Shown here piece after piece: positions 1-13,574 of a stretch of DNA of 64,000 nt; within the stretch, counting starts at the first letter, position 1, and the number at the start of each line of letters is the position of its first letter. Below the pieces are notes generated by a model. That model was not told the origin of the DNA and searched no databases. It saw only the letters and a list, made by a program, of their open reading frames with translations. The translations under genes and the position numbers were made by a program. The stretch lies in assembly GCA_964016885.1 (NCBI GenBank), contig OZ024743.1, positions 240,622,001-240,686,000 on the forward strand. Direction: 5' to 3'. This DNA is from Eledone cirrhosa (taxonomy: Eukaryota).

Positions 1-255
1 TGTTGGTACGAACATTTAATGTGCATAGATGATGATTGTTGGGTGAAGGAGTGCCAGGAAATCTGTGTGTTAGGGAACTGAGTAGAAGTAAACCAAAGAA
101 GACCTGGGTAGAGGTTGTAAGAGCTGATCTCAAATCGCTAAGATTCACAGAGATGACGAAGGAGCACGATGTGTGGAGAGATGCTGTGCTGAAAAAGACA
201 CGTCCAGCCCATACAAGCATGGAAAACTGGATGTAAAAACAATGATGTTGATAAT
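1..255 (+). mobile_element. RTE-clade LINE 3' end fragment
   Basis: Translates to the RTE C-terminal motif (SKPKKTWVEVVRADLKSL...VWR). Ends in CCCATACAAGCATGGAAAACTGGATGTAAAAAC plus an (ATG)-type tail. Homologous to 2049-2640 on the minus strand. Confidence 0.8.
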
Positions 256-308
256 GATATATATATATATATTCACACATATATTAAGAAAAACGAATTT
301 TTTGTTAA

Positions 309-407
309 ATCACCAGTCTGAAGAGCAGATCGATAATGGAGTCAGGTCCATAACTTTTATGGGTGACCTTGAGCCAAACCTCTGCGAAATGCATGTAACA
401 GGTTGAT
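309..407 (+). ncRNA. Type I hammerhead ribozyme-like motif with expanded stem II
   Basis: ATCACCAGT-CTGAAGA(318-324)-GCAGA...TCTGC-GAAA(386-389)-TGCATG-TA-ACAGGTTGAT. AATAAA lies just downstream and an (AT)n tract just upstream. Confidence 0.65.
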
Positions 408-684
408 AGTCAATAAAAAAACTAACTACATGTAAAGAAAACTTCACCATTTTTCTTAATATATACACTCTGCTTGTGCATTGAGTGCTCATTTTTGTAC
501 AACCACCAGTAATTCACTGAATCACATACACTGTATATATATATTTATTTTTTACCCAGCTAAGTACCCCACTCTAGACCTACTTTTTCAATCCCCACCC
601 TAATGCACTGCTCTTAACCAATCTATGTATACAAGAATGTAAAGCTGAACACGCTCCCACAATACTCCTGAAATGGCTAAAAGC

Positions 685-1230
685 TCTCAGTTCACCCTGT
701 AAGGTGGTCAAATTGGTGACACAAGAATCCCCCTTGCCCACCATGTAAGGTGATCATGTTGGTGTCATGACAATAGTTCACCGAGTCCTCTCTGTTAGGT
801 AACATGACAAAAGATCACCTAATCCTTCCTGTAAGGTGGGCGTGCTGGTGACATGAAAAATAAGCACCTAGTTCACCCTGTGAAGTAGTTGTGTTAGCGA
901 CATGACAGGAGGGACCCAATCCACACTAAAATATGGGTGGCACGACAGAAGGTGCCCAGTCCAACCTGTGGTGTGGCCTGGTTGGGGACACAACAAAGAG
1001 CAGCCAGTCTGCTCTGTAAGTTGGTTGTGATGGTGACACGACATGACAATAAACGTCCAGTCCACCCTATAAAGTGGTAGTGATGATGATATGATAAAAG
1101 TACCCAGTCCAACCTATAAAGTGGTCATTTTGGTGCCACGATAAAAAATGCTCAATCAACACTGTAAAGAGTTTGTCCATATTGTAAAGAGGTTGTTTTA
1201 GTGCCACAATAAAAAGCACCCAGTCTACAT
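685..1230 (+). repeat. Degenerate ~45-bp tandem repeat leading into an RTE-tailed SINE
   Basis: Recurrent CACCCAGTCCACCCTGTAAAGTGGT...TGGTGACACGAC units. Confidence 0.75.
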
Positions 1231-1387
1231 TGTAAATGTAGTTGGCATTAGGAAAGGTATCCAGTCGTAGAAACCAAGCCCAAAACAGTTCTGAATGAGC
1301 AAGACATGGTCACCTGATCTGACATGTCTCACAACAAGACAACTTGGCTAACCCATGGAAAATGAATGTTAAACATTGATGATGAGG

Positions 1388-1390
<3 letters not shown>
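1215..1390 (+). mobile_element. SINE-like element with RTE-type 3' tail (family C)
   Basis: GTTGGCATTAGGAAAGGTATCCAG...CCCATGGAAAATGAATGTTAAAC plus a GAT tail. Other copies at ~27770-28000, 28400-28605, 28660-28985 and 33903-34030 (minus). Confidence 0.7.
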
Positions 1391-1443
<53 letters not shown>

Positions 1444-1446
<3 letters not shown>

Positions 1447-2048
1447 GAGGTGGTTCTGAAAACTAACTGGACTCAATGTGCTGTATGAGTTATGAGAGGG
1501 GTAGGGAGCAGCAGGTTGCATCACTGTGTGACGTAATATCCAGGGAGTATATAACTGTGATCTCAGTTCTCTGCTGCCATTGTATGTTTTTTGGCATGCT
1601 TTTTTAAACACCTACTCAATTTTAGGCTTTTGAGCAATGAGCACAGAACAACAAACCAGCCTGAAGTTTCTGGTCTGGCTGGGGTAAACTCCATCAGAAG
1701 CACTTGGAATACTGCAGCAAGTGTATGGAGATGAAACGATGTCGCACTCACAGATTTTTGAGTGGCACAAAAGTTTAAAGGGATGCAAGGATATGTAATA
1801 TGACCTCAGGAGAGAGGCCTTCAATAAGCAGGATTGAGGCCAATGTTAAACGTGTGAGGTAGGTGGTGCATGGTGATTGTCAGCTGACTGTTTAACTGAT
1901 TGCAAGTGAGCTAGGCATGAACAACGACAGCATTTGAAAGATTATCACCAAAGTTTGGGCATGCAGAAGATCGCAGGCTCATAATGCCCTGAGCATCCAG
2001 CAGTTCCTGGCCAAGAAGAACATTGCCATACTTGTACAGCCTCCCTAT
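1444..2048 (+). mobile_element. Mariner (Tc1/mariner) transposon remnant
   Basis: Starts with TACGAGGTGGTTCTGAAAA (mariner-type TIR after TA). Decayed N-terminal HTH QQTSLKFLVWLG*TPSEALGILQQVYGDETMSHSQIFEWHK, then QQFLAKKNIAILVQPPY after an internal deletion. Confidence 0.8.
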
Positions 2049-2640
2049 TTTACGTCCGCTTTTCCCTGTTTGCAAGGGTGGGATGGGTTCTCTTCAGTAG
2101 ATCATCTCCCCATTTTCATGGTCCTTCCTCATCTCCTCTGTGAGCTTCAGCAATCTGAGGTTAGCTCTCACCACCACCACCCAAGTTTTCTGTGGTCTTC
2201 CTCTGCTGTGTCTTCCTTCCACTGGGATTACTTGGCACCTCTTCACCCAGCAGTCATCATCCATGCTCATCACATGGCCATACCAACTAAGTCTTCTCTC
2301 TTGCACACTACATTTTATTCCTCTTATATGCAGTTTCACTCTCAACTTGTCCATGCTTGGTTGTTCACACACATTGACATTGCACTTCCATCGGAGCATG
2401 CTTGCTTCATTTCTCTCCAGCCTTCACATATCCTTGGCAGTTGCTGTCCATGTCTCACTACCATGCAGCATTGCGCATCTCACACAGGCATCATACAACC
2501 AAACTTTTGTTCTCAGGGAGAAACCTTTCATTGTCAGCAGAGGAAGCAGCTCACTAAACTTCTTCTCTCCTGTCATTCAAGAGCATCCGCCTCCCTTGCT
2601 AATTTGATCACCTAGATATTGGAAGCTATCACCCACCGCT
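2049..2640 (-). mobile_element. RTE-clade LINE 3' fragment
   Basis: ORF 2094-2399: MLRW...RRLSWYGHVMSM...RGRPQKTWVVVV, a typical RTE C-terminus. Confidence 0.85.
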
Positions 2641-2834
2641 ATAGATCCTACCTACATTTGAACTATGTGCCTATCACTCACACTTCTATCAATTTTTCAT
2701 GAACATCTACTACTTACTAAGTTTTCCTTTCCTGTTAGTTTGCCTGCTATGCCACTACACCTCTTGTGTACCTTAGATTTGTATTGTGTACATTTTATAG
2801 AGTTTATGCCAACTTATATATATATATATATATA

Positions 2835-3090
2835 TATAAACGTTTGAATATGTGTAATAAAGCCAAAACAATGCAGGTATGGACATAGAAAAAAGAATGC
2901 AATATTTAGAACGCTGGTTTGAGACCTTTATTTCCCTCTGAAGAAGAGATATTATCTCGAAAATTAAGGACATTTAAATAAATCTAAGGTAAAGGACGAA
3001 TTGTCAACAATATCTTTTATAATTGCATTCTTTTTTCTATGTCCATACCTGCATTGTTTTGGCTTTATTACACATATTCAAACGTTTATA
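2835..3090. repeat. Inverted repeat (~69-bp arms) enclosing a minimal hammerhead motif; Penelope pLTR-like
   Basis: Arms 2835-2903 and 3022-3090 are reverse complements. The spacer contains CCT-CTGAAGA-A-GAGATATTATCTC-GAAA-AT-TA-AGG (2935-2969). (AT)n on both sides. Confidence 0.75.
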
Positions 3091-3128
3091 CCTCATTACA
3101 CAATGCTTCAAGAGAACTATAACCTCCT

Positions 3129-3166
<38 letters not shown>

Positions 3167-4289
3167 GGGATAACAAGTTATCGTTATAGGCAATCCACTT
3201 AGAGGTAGTCCAGTTAGAGTACTCCATGTTGTGGATGGTATTAACATACGTATGGCTTAGTTTTACTCAACAAGATGTTTCCATAGTGATGCAGCGAGTT
3301 CACAGTGATTTCTATGTAGGTTATACTTGGAGTAATAATAATTCAAGAAATAAGAGTAACATGTTACTCTTATTTCTTGAATTATATATAAATATATATA
3401 TATATACATATATATATAAATATATATATATATTTATATATATATGGATGGATAGAGAGATAGATGAAAAGAGAGAGAGAGAGAGTAACACAATATGAAC
3501 ATTTAAAATCGGAATACTACAATGTATTAAAATGGAAATCTTTTATGATTTTAATAAGAGATGCCTCTAAGAAAATATGTTCCCTGTAATTAGAATGTTT
3601 TGTTGTATCTTGGTGTGGTAGGGGAGCAGTTATATGAGTTTTGTTCTATATTGCAGAGTTTATGTGCCTAAAACTTCACACAGCAGCTTAATCTTGTGAA
3701 ATATATTGATTTCAAACAATATCAAAGAAGAAACCAAAAGGAAAATAAACAAAATAAATAAATCAATGAAATAAGAACAAGCATGAAACAATTGATAGAA
3801 CATCTTTATAAACTATTATAGAGGCCTTCTTTGTGTGGCTATAACGTTTATTACATTTTCCTTTTTTTATAGTTTCTCCATGTGATTATATTGTTTGTTT
3901 TTGCTTTTTAAATACTTTTCTAAGGCCTGAAATTTGGGTGGAAGGGTTAGTAAGTTAAATCTTTTGATACCAAACCACCTGAACACCCCATTTTAATGAT
4001 ATAAAGCTGTTTATATTAAAGTGTTTATCATCACTATAATTTAATATTTGCTTTCTCTGCTACCAAGGATTGGATGGGTTTTCACAGAACAAGTCAGTAC
4101 TGAAGCAGGTTTAATGACCTTATAGACAGGCTGGGTGGGAGTGGATCTGTATCTTCATTACATACAGTCCCACATTCTAGCAAGTGCATTTTATCATGGC
4201 ACCAGCAATAGAGAGATTATCATGTCTTTGACATAAACGAAGGGTCCTCCTATCTAAAAACTGGTCATCATAATTTTATTTAAGAACCT

Positions 4290-4516
4290 TTAACACTTTA
4301 GCATTTACATTACTATATTTCCTATTGTAGTTTTGTGGTAAAGGCTTTATCTCATATAAATATCTCCCATAATATCGAATCTTTGAGATTTTGGTATTAT
4401 TTATTTTGAGAACTATACCTTAACAACGGCATGAGGAGTTGGTTACAGCCAGTTTGAACAGAAAGAGGTGACAGAATTCTGGCTGGATACGGTCGGTTTA
4501 AATGCTAATGGGTTAA
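4290..4516. mobile_element. piggyBac-type (TTAA) MITE
   Basis: TTAACACTTTAGCATTTA ... TAAATGCTAATGGGTTAA termini. Other copies at 28075-28262, 43187-43595 and ~44720-44906 (partial). Confidence 0.75.
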
Positions 4517-5217
4517 GTTATGCTCCCAACAACAGATTCATGATTATTTTCAAAATGATTTGAAAACCATAGGCAGAGAGTTTCATTAGAAGTATGATAA
4601 CAAAAGGGTTAAACTATTGATATTCATCTAAAAATTGTTCACCATAATTTTATGTCAGAACCTTTGTTAAGCCAAGCTCCAAATAACAAATTAATTATGA
4701 GAAAGATAGTTATATTATTAAATCTTTCAAAATTATTGATAATTTTCGAAATTAATTGAAAATTAGAGGCAATGTATTAGAAATATGGTAATGGAAGCAT
4801 TAAATTAGCCCCATTACTACTCAAATGCTATTTTATTTTATCAAGTCTGAAAGCATGGAAGGCGAAGTTGACCATAGGGAAATTTGAAACCAGAATTTAA
4901 AAAGCTGTAGCTAAATACAGCAAAGCATTTGATCTAACACTCTAATGATTCTGTCAAACTACCAACATCTTACAAACATTGTAATAATAATAGTGAGTGA
5001 ATAATATTGATATTATAATAATAATATTATTAATGTTTGGTTTGTTTGCAAGCAAACAGCCTCAATAACATAATGCATGTTTTCTAGATGACCACATAAT
5101 CCTTTTGTTCCAGTGGTAGCTGAGAGAAAACAGTCGACAATTGTTTTGGAGTTGTTGTTCCTTATTGAGACTTTGTTTATAATAATAATCATTTATATAA
5201 TAAATCCATTTATAATA

Positions 5218-5700
5218 ATTGTTTCTAATTTAGACATAAAGCCAGCAGTTTTGTGATGAGAGGAAAGTCAATTATACTGACATCAGTATTTTACTGGTAC
5301 ATTATTTTATCCCTCCTGGAAAGACGAAAGAAAAGCTGACTTTGCGAGATTTGAAGCCAGAATGTAGGGGGCTGTAACAAAACACTGCAATTCATTTCTC
5401 CAATGCTTTAATGGTTCTGTCAATCCTCCACTCTAAGGTATATTAATCATCATCATCATTTAATGTCTATTTTTCCACACTAACATTAACAATATTAATA
5501 ATGGTTTTTGCTTTAGGCACAAGGCCAACAATTTTGGGGAGGGAAAGTCGATTAAATTGATCCCAGTACATTGCTAGTGTTTCTTTTGTCGACCCCATAA
5601 GGATGAAAGGCAAAGCTAATCTCGGCAGGATTTGAACTCAGAACATAAATGGCTGTAACTCTATGCTGCAAAGCATGTTGTCTGATACTTCTAATCCACC
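5218..5700 (-). mobile_element. Two tRNA-derived Nin-domain SINE copies (family A), degenerate
   Basis: Reverse complement of GAGTTCAAATCC...CTTTGCCTTTCATCCTTA.GGGGTCGA...GGCCTTGTGCCTAAA. Confidence 0.75.
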
Positions 5701-8665
5701 TAATAATAATAGGTGCTCTGGAAATAATAAAAAATACACTGAATGATACATACGCCTTCCTCCCCCAGAACTTATCAATATATACAACATACAGAAAATA
5801 GGACTACTAGACACTGCATACATATTATGAAGTGTATCCACAATATAATAGAAATAACAACACCAAAATGAGGTGCCATGACAATGTAGTAAAGATAGTT
5901 CACTCGGCCCTTTTGGGGAAAATATGGTCTTGACAGAGCAGGGTTGTGGTAGAAACATTAATGTGAGGGCATTATCAAACATGATAATGCAAAGATTCTG
6001 GGGGAGTTTATGATATAGTGTGACTATGAAACCAGATATTGTGATAATTGAGAAAGAAAGCAAACAATGTTGGATCATAGATATAGCATGTCCAGGTGAT
6101 AATAAGGTATGTGATAAAGAAGGAAAAATCTGGATAGATATAATAGATTAGCTAGGGAAGTTCTGCAGTTGTGGTCACTGAAAAAGGTGGCAGTAATACC
6201 AATAATAGTTGGAATGTTACAAACAGTAAGTAAAGATCTTGAAAAGTACATTGTCCAAATAGAGGTTGCAATATGATTGGAGCACTTGCAGAAAACAGCA
6301 CTGCTCGGAACAGCTTCAAAAATAAATGTAACTGTTGGAGGTCATGGGTTTTTTCTCAAAGAAAGCAACCAAAATGTAATAGAACTAAGAGGTAACCTGA
6401 TTCAGACCAACAATAACCAGTCTGAACAACTGAACACAGATGTGAGCTACATTAGCTCAGAAATACAAGATGAACATGAAAGTGAATCTCCACTAGAATA
6501 TTTTGCAAAAGATAGAGATGAAATCACTGCAGCAAAAAATCGCTTAATTGAAGCAGTAAGCAGAACCAGTCACATGGAATTGTATGACAGTCACTATCTA
6601 CCAAAAATTCAATCCACAAAGTCTAACATGAAAATCATTGCTACATATAATGTCGCACTAGTGTTGATAACCATCAAGCTATAAGTATGCTAAACTGCAT
6701 TATATACTCAACACAACTAGCTGTAACTGAAAAATAAACATAAAGAAGAAAAATACTCGAAATAGGCATAAAGAGCATGTCAGGAAAGAAAAGAATGAAG
6801 AAGGAAATGGAGGTACTTCAGGAAATGTCAAACGGGAATGACCACCTTGAAATCCTGAAAAGTAAAAAGCAAATACAAAATGACATACTCAACACATCAG
6901 AAATAAAAAAAAAACATTGAATCAAAAAGTACAAGTGAAATCACAAAGGTTAAGGCAGTATGGAAAAAGAACAAAAATGTGTACACAAAACAAGATCTTT
7001 GAAACAGATGCTTAAACGTTCTATTGAGAAATAGGAAAACATGAAATAGAAATAAAAGAACCACCATCACTGAAAGAAGTACAAAACTTCTGGGAAACAT
7101 CTGAAGTAATCCAAAGTAACATAATGGAAATGCTGAATTGATCGAACGGCAGAAAGTACAAATGAGGTATTTACTGACACAGGAGCAGAGTAATATCATA
7201 AAAGAATATATAAAACTTGCTTTAAATAAATCTCACACCCAAATGAAGGTAAAAAGTCAGAAAAGAATATTATAGACAAGTGCAACTTATCTGAAACACA
7301 GAGCTCAATTCAGAAAACAGAATATCTGTGATAAACAGCTTACCAGTACCTGCTCTTCAATAGCATAATTAAAAGGACAGTACAGAATATCAAAAGAATG
7401 GCTACTAAGACCGGTAAACTCTTCACATGACACCATATGCACCACTCTAAAGCAGACATTGAGTAACACTACCTGACCATATCTGAGGGAGGCAGAGGTC
7501 TAATCCAATTGCAGCTGTTCTATATGGCAACAGCAATTGACCTGCACCAATATGTTGAGGTAACCAATGACTGGATGATGCAGGCAGTAAAACAGCATGA
7601 AGCCAGCAAAAGGTTTTACTCTGTGATAAAAGAAAACACCCAATATATGTGTGAAATAAATCTAAGTGCAAATGTGACACAAGAAACTCCTATTCTACCA
7701 ATAGTGTCAGCAAAGGCTACAAAAACAAAAGCAAAGGAATCAACTCTGGAGCAGATGAAAGGAAAATGGTAAGATAAGCCACTAATGGCCAGTACTTGAC
7801 TCGAATTAGGGAAGCTGATGTAAACAAAACACAAACCCAGTGGCTGCACAGTTCAGGACTGAAAACCAAAACAGAAGGTTTCATACTGGCTGCACAAGAC
7901 CAATGCCTTGCCACAGAAAATTGTTGGGCAAACATATTGGGAAAACATAATGACCCAAAATGCTGCTTTTTGTGACAGAAATACTGAAACAGTAGGTCGG
8001 TCATCTAATATCTGCATGCATATGAGTACAAAAACAAATAAGACAGATTGGGGCAGTACATCCACTGGAAAAAAATGTAAGTCTTATGAAAAAGATGTAA
8101 CAAAAAACTGGTATCAACATCATCCAGATCCAGTAATTGAAATTGGTAACATAATAATACTGTGGGATTTTACAATACACACTGACAGGACAATCAAAGT
8201 CAACAGATCAGATATAATAAAAGATATAAACCACAAAATGTACCTGCTGATTGAAATGTGTCTTTGAAGATATTTGAAAAGACCTTGTACAAGGATCTTG
8301 AAATAGATTTTAAAAAATGTGGTGTATGAAGACCACCACTAATCCAGTTATAATTGGAGCACTGGGCCTGATAAACAAGGAACTGACAATCTCTTGGATC
8401 ACATGCCAAGTAAACCTTGTATAAAAGAAATTTAAAAATCGTACTTATTAGTACTGCCCTCATTTTGTGAAGAGCATTGTCAATGCAATGTTGGGAGAAC
8501 AAACCATATCGTACCCATGGATAAAAGGGGTGCACTTTATCCATTATATATTTTGTAACAATCAATTATCTATGGAGCTTGGAAAATGTCTCATAACAAA
8601 CCATCACCCACCCCAAGCCTGGTGGGATTGCTGTGAATATACAGATATCCAAGGAAAATAATAAT
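5700..8665 (+). mobile_element. Decayed R4/Dong-like RLE LINE fragments (at least two copies)
   Basis: KPDIVIIEKESKQCWIIDIACPGD and LEHLQKTALLGTA; WLHSSGLKTKTEGFILAAQDQ; ILWDFTIHTDRTIKVNRSDII. Ends in a (TAA)n tail at ~8657. Confidence 0.85.
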
Positions 8666-8989
8666 AATTGTTTCTACTTTAGGTACAAAGCCAGTAATTT
8701 GAAGGGAAGGGTAAAGTCAATTAAATCGACCCCAGTGCATTACTGTGCTTTATTTTATCGACCCCATAAGGATGAAGGCAACGCTAACCTCAGTGTGATA
8801 ATAATAATAATGATAATAATAGTTCTTCTTATTATTATCTCATTATTAGCCTCTAGGGCCGAAACATAAAAGACAATATAGCAAAAAGAAAACAACAACC
8901 CACACTCTGTTTAAAGCTCAACCCCACAAACAAGCAAATTTAAAGAGATGCATATTAAAAACAAAGCAAAAATATCACACATAGAAATA

Positions 8990-11380
8990 GAGCAGTTAAA
9001 ATAAGAAATACACAAAGAAAACACAAATAATGAACATAAAACATATTGAGAATTTAAAACATGAAGAAAACCCACAACATATCCAAATCAACAAAATGCA
9101 ACAAACCCCAACCCTAAAAACATGCAGAGTACTAACCAACAAAAACCAAAAATACAAATGAAAAGCAATAAGACAAGAAAGATATAGGAAAAAGAAAGTC
9201 TCAAGATGAAACACAAAACAGCAACAGGATAAAGCTGGAAATAATCCCTGAACCTCAAACAATAGAAAATCTCCCAATACCAAAGAATACACCTCCCAAA
9301 GATAAAAATTAATTATAAACTAACAACAATTATTAAAAAAACGCTAATCTTGCCACCATTGACTTAATCAACACAAATAAAAACATTAGTATTACAAGGC
9401 TAAATATAATATATGCAATAGCCGCTGTTATTACAAAAGAAAGTGGGCACCCCTTTAGGCCTACACAGACAAGGAAAATGAAAGCCACACATACACGGAC
9501 ATACAAAATACAAAAGCAGATAGAAAATAAAGGAAAAGACATCATCATTATCATCATCATCATTTAACATCTATCTTCCACGCTAGCATGGGTTAGATGG
9601 GATTGTCCCACTTGAGGCAAGATTGGTTGAGTGACCTTGTCTCGCTTATATAGAACTGTATCTGATTTGTCAATTTTAAATTAAATAAGAAAGAAAACAA
9701 CAAAACTAAGAATAGGAAATATAAAATTACTAAAGAAATATAATATAACAGAAAAGGAAATTCCAGAGACTAATGAATGCCTGAAACAAGTACTTGCAAA
9801 GGCACAAATAATACGGAGGTATGAAAAGTGTCAACTTTTTTTTTTTAACAAAGCCAGTTATTTCACTCAACCCAAAATGACTCTAGTGAGAACTTACTAA
9901 GTGCAGAATAGAAGTAAGTGTAGCCCCACTAGTAAAAGAAGTGGAAGAGTTCTAGAGAATATTATGGGGAGAAGAGAAATGACTATGCACAAAACTATAA
10001 GAACAACGAACACAAGGGTTGAACAACATTGGGAACATTATATATCTATCAAACTAAAAAAAGCAAGCATCTAGAAGGCACCGGAACATGACAAGATCCC
10101 CAAATTTTTGTTGAAATATTTAGCAAAGACACATGGTGTACTTGTAAAAATCTTTAGTGAGATGCTAACATAGCCAGAAAAAAAGACATGAGTGGCTCAC
10201 TAAAGGGAAAACCACTCTGATCCCCAAGAATAATGACAACACACCCCAAGAACCACAGACCCATAACATGTTTCCCTACTACACACAAGACTTTAACTAT
10301 AATAGTATCACAAAAACTGACCAAACACCTGGAAAAATACAACCTGCTTACAGAAGAACCAATAGGATGCTGCAAAGGCTGATATGGCTGTAAAGACCAG
10401 TGGCTAATCAATAAAGCCATAACAGAAAACTGCAGAAAAAAAAACAGCATAACATGGGTCGCCTACCAAAAAGCGCTTGAGTGTTCACCATACATGAATA
10501 AAATATCACCACCAATAAAAACATTTATCAAGTATGCCATGAGTAAGTGACAAACTGTTCTGCAGATACAAATGAAGGATGGAACTATAAGAAGTTAGCC
10601 AATCCCAATCAACAGATGGATATTTCAAGGGGATTCCCTATCACCACTGCTTTTTTTCCCCTTAGCACTAACACCATTATCTGATACACCAAACAGAACT
10701 GGACTAGGATATAAATGCTACAACAAGGAAATTAATCATCTCCTATATATAAATGATCTAAAGCAGACAAAAGACAACTCAAGATACTGCTGCAGACAGT
10801 ACATGGAGTCACAAAAGAAATAGACATGAAATTCAGACTAGAAAAATACACCAAGGCAACAGTGAAAAACACTAATATCCTGCTAGATAAAAAAATAACT
10901 GATATGAGAGAATTAGATCAACCACAGACATACAGATACCCAGGAAACAACAAACTAGACAGTGCTCAACACAAACAAATGATTAGAAAAGAATAGTACA
11001 GACAAATTAGATTATTACTTAAAACTGAACTAAATGCAAAGTATAAGATAATTGGCATCAACACTCTAGCGATCCAAGTAGTAAGCTACAGTTTTAATAT
11101 TCTGAACTGGTCACTAAAAGAATTAGCTGGAATAGACAAAAAACAAGAAAGATAATGACTTCCAAAATCAGATATAGAAAGATTATACCTACCAAGAACA
11201 TATGGGAAAAGAGGCCCTATGCAACTATAAAAAACTGTTATAAAATAATTACTGTAGAACTACAAAAATATATAATGAAGAACAAAGGAAAGCTAATAGA
11301 AATAGCCACGAAACATGAACAAAATATAAAACTCTGTCTTCAAAGGAGTCAACAAATTCAAAAACAGAAGCCGGATTAAC
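8990..11380 (+). mobile_element. Decayed R4/Dong-like LINE including the RT region
   Basis: KNHRPITCFPT, GCCKG*YGCKDQWLINKAI, IFQGDSLSPLL and INHLLYINDLK motifs with stops and frameshifts. Interrupted by an RTE-tail remnant at ~9540-9650. Confidence 0.85.
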
Positions 11381-11580
11381 AGATAACTGACTATGTGTAT
11401 TTTTTATTATTCTCAGAGCACTTATCATTATAGGTATTGTTTGTTTTTATCACTCACATTACACATTGCATAAAAGAACACTGTTGGGAAGCACAAATAA
11501 TCTGCGTAAAGTATTGTTTAAATGATCCAGTGTTAATAAGATCATTGTTGTACAAATTAATGATGATGATAATGATGATC

Positions 11581-11624
<44 letters not shown>

Positions 11625-11782
11625 TTTTCTACTTTTGGCACAAGGCCAGCATTATTTTATCGACCCCGTAAGGATGAAAGGCAAAGTTAACCTCAGTTGG
11701 ATTTGAACTCAGAATGGCAAGGGTCGTAACTCTATGCTGCAAAGCATGGCATCCGACCCTCTACCAATACTGCCAATCCACC
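11625..11782 (-). mobile_element. Nin-domain SINE (family A)
   Basis: GGTGGATTGGCAGTATTGGTAGAGGG head, B box GAGTTCAAATCC and GCCTTTCATCCTTACGGGGTCGATAAAA. Flanked by (TAA)n on both sides. Confidence 0.85.
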
Positions 11783-11804
11783 AATAATAACAATAATAAT
11801 AATA

Positions 11805-13560
11805 AGGGCTCCCCGACCCAGCAGCAGTCATCCAAATATTGTAGGTGTTGGAGGAAGAAGAAGAAACGAGGCAAGAACCAACTGGATGAAGGAATTGAAT
11901 AAATCTGTAATGAAATGTTATCTGAAAAGTGATCCAACTAAGAAAGGCTATAAGAAACAAATACATAAAATCTGGAATTATATTGATCTATTTAAACTAA
12001 GTGAACAAAATCAAGTTGGTCAGGCTCATGTAATAAGAACTAATGGATGAATAAATGAATTGGAATTGGAGGAACTGGAAATGGATAGAGGAGTAGATCA
12101 GGCAAATGAGCCTGTAGAAAGTGGAGCAAATCAAGCAAGTGAGCCAGTAGAAAATGAGGGTGAAGTAGTTATGAGACCTGAGGATGTAACCGATGAAGAC
12201 AATGATCTAATGGTTGAGATAAATAAGATCGTGGGGAGTCATTGGGAGGAGTGAAAATCAAGGGAGGTATCTTCCAAGGAGGTAGTCTCTCCTCTTTATT
12301 GTTTGTTCTTATCCTTGTCCCATGTAGTGCGAAGAGTGAAGTCAGGATACAAACTGGAAAGAGGAGAGCTTACTATCAACCACCTCCTCTTCATGGACGA
12401 CCTAAAACTCTTTGCAAAGAGTGAGAAAGAGTTGAATCTACTTGTTGACACTGCCTGTATTTTCAGCAATATATATATATGGAATTTGTTGTTAATAAGT
12501 GTGGAGTCCGAGTGATGAGGAGAGGTAATTTGAAGAGAAGCAAAGGAATCGAGGTTCCAATGGATGAGATGATAAATGAGGTCGACACTGAAGAGGGATA
12601 TAGGTATTAGGAAGTTCTGGAGGCAGATAACATCAAGGTTAAAAAATGAAGGAGATGGTAAGATCTGAATACATAAGGAGAGTAAGGAACATATTAAAAT
12701 CATATCTGAATAGTAGGAATGCCATAAGTGCAGTAAATTCGTGAGCTGTGACTATTATTAGGTACAGTTCGGGAATTCTTAAATGGAATGTAAATGAGCA
12801 AAAAGAACTGGATAGAAAGACAAGGAAATTAATGACTACCTACAGTACGTTTCATAAGAAGGCTAATGTTAATAGACTGTACTTAAGGAGATCTGAAGAT
12901 AGGAGAGGTCTAATCAATGTTCAGATGAAGAAGAGCTGTTTACACAAATATGTGTCTGAGAGTGGATGAAATACCATAATGGCAAGGATGAGGCTAGCCC
13001 AGTCTGTAGGATATGTGGAGAAAGAGAAGATGGAGGCATGAGATCATAAGCAAAGGGATTTAATGGCATTTATGCAAACTGAACAAATTACCCTTTTCTG
13101 AGAAATGGTATGAGCATAAACCAGAGTGTGATAGGAAATGATCAAGTGAAGGTGCTGTGAGATTTCAGGATACAAACGGACAAAGGATTAAAATATAATA
13201 GGCCTGACTTGGTGGTTTTTTACAAGGACAAAAGATCCTGCTTAATTATGGATGTAGCTTGCCCCTTTGACACAAGAGTGCAAGAAAAGAAGGAGAAAAT
13301 AAACTGGTACCAGGATTTAAATTGGAAATTGAAAAGGATTTGGAACTGTCATAGGAACACTAGGTATTATCTCAAAGAGCTTCCAAGGCTGGTTAAAGAA
13401 GATTAGCCAAGCCACCTTTTTTGGAACACTCCAGAAGCCATGCTTACTGGGAACAACAACGTTCCTCTGATACGTCCTGAATATCTGAGACTGCAGTTAG
13501 CGCCTTTATGTTCATTAGGGTAAATTTTCAGGTTAAATAACCACAATGACTGAGATATCA
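11805..13560 (+). mobile_element. Decayed R4/Dong-like LINE with internal deletions
   Basis: GIFQGGSLSSLLF, INHLLFMDDLKLFAK, ELDRKTRKLMT, NRLYLRRSEDRRGL and RPDLVV...LIMDVACPFDTRV motifs. Confidence 0.88.
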
Positions 13561-13574
13561 AAGTAATAATAATA

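Noticed and set aside
6277-6684. 135-aa ORF
   Set aside because: It is a chimeric read-through of the end of one R4/Dong fragment into the N-terminal region of another.
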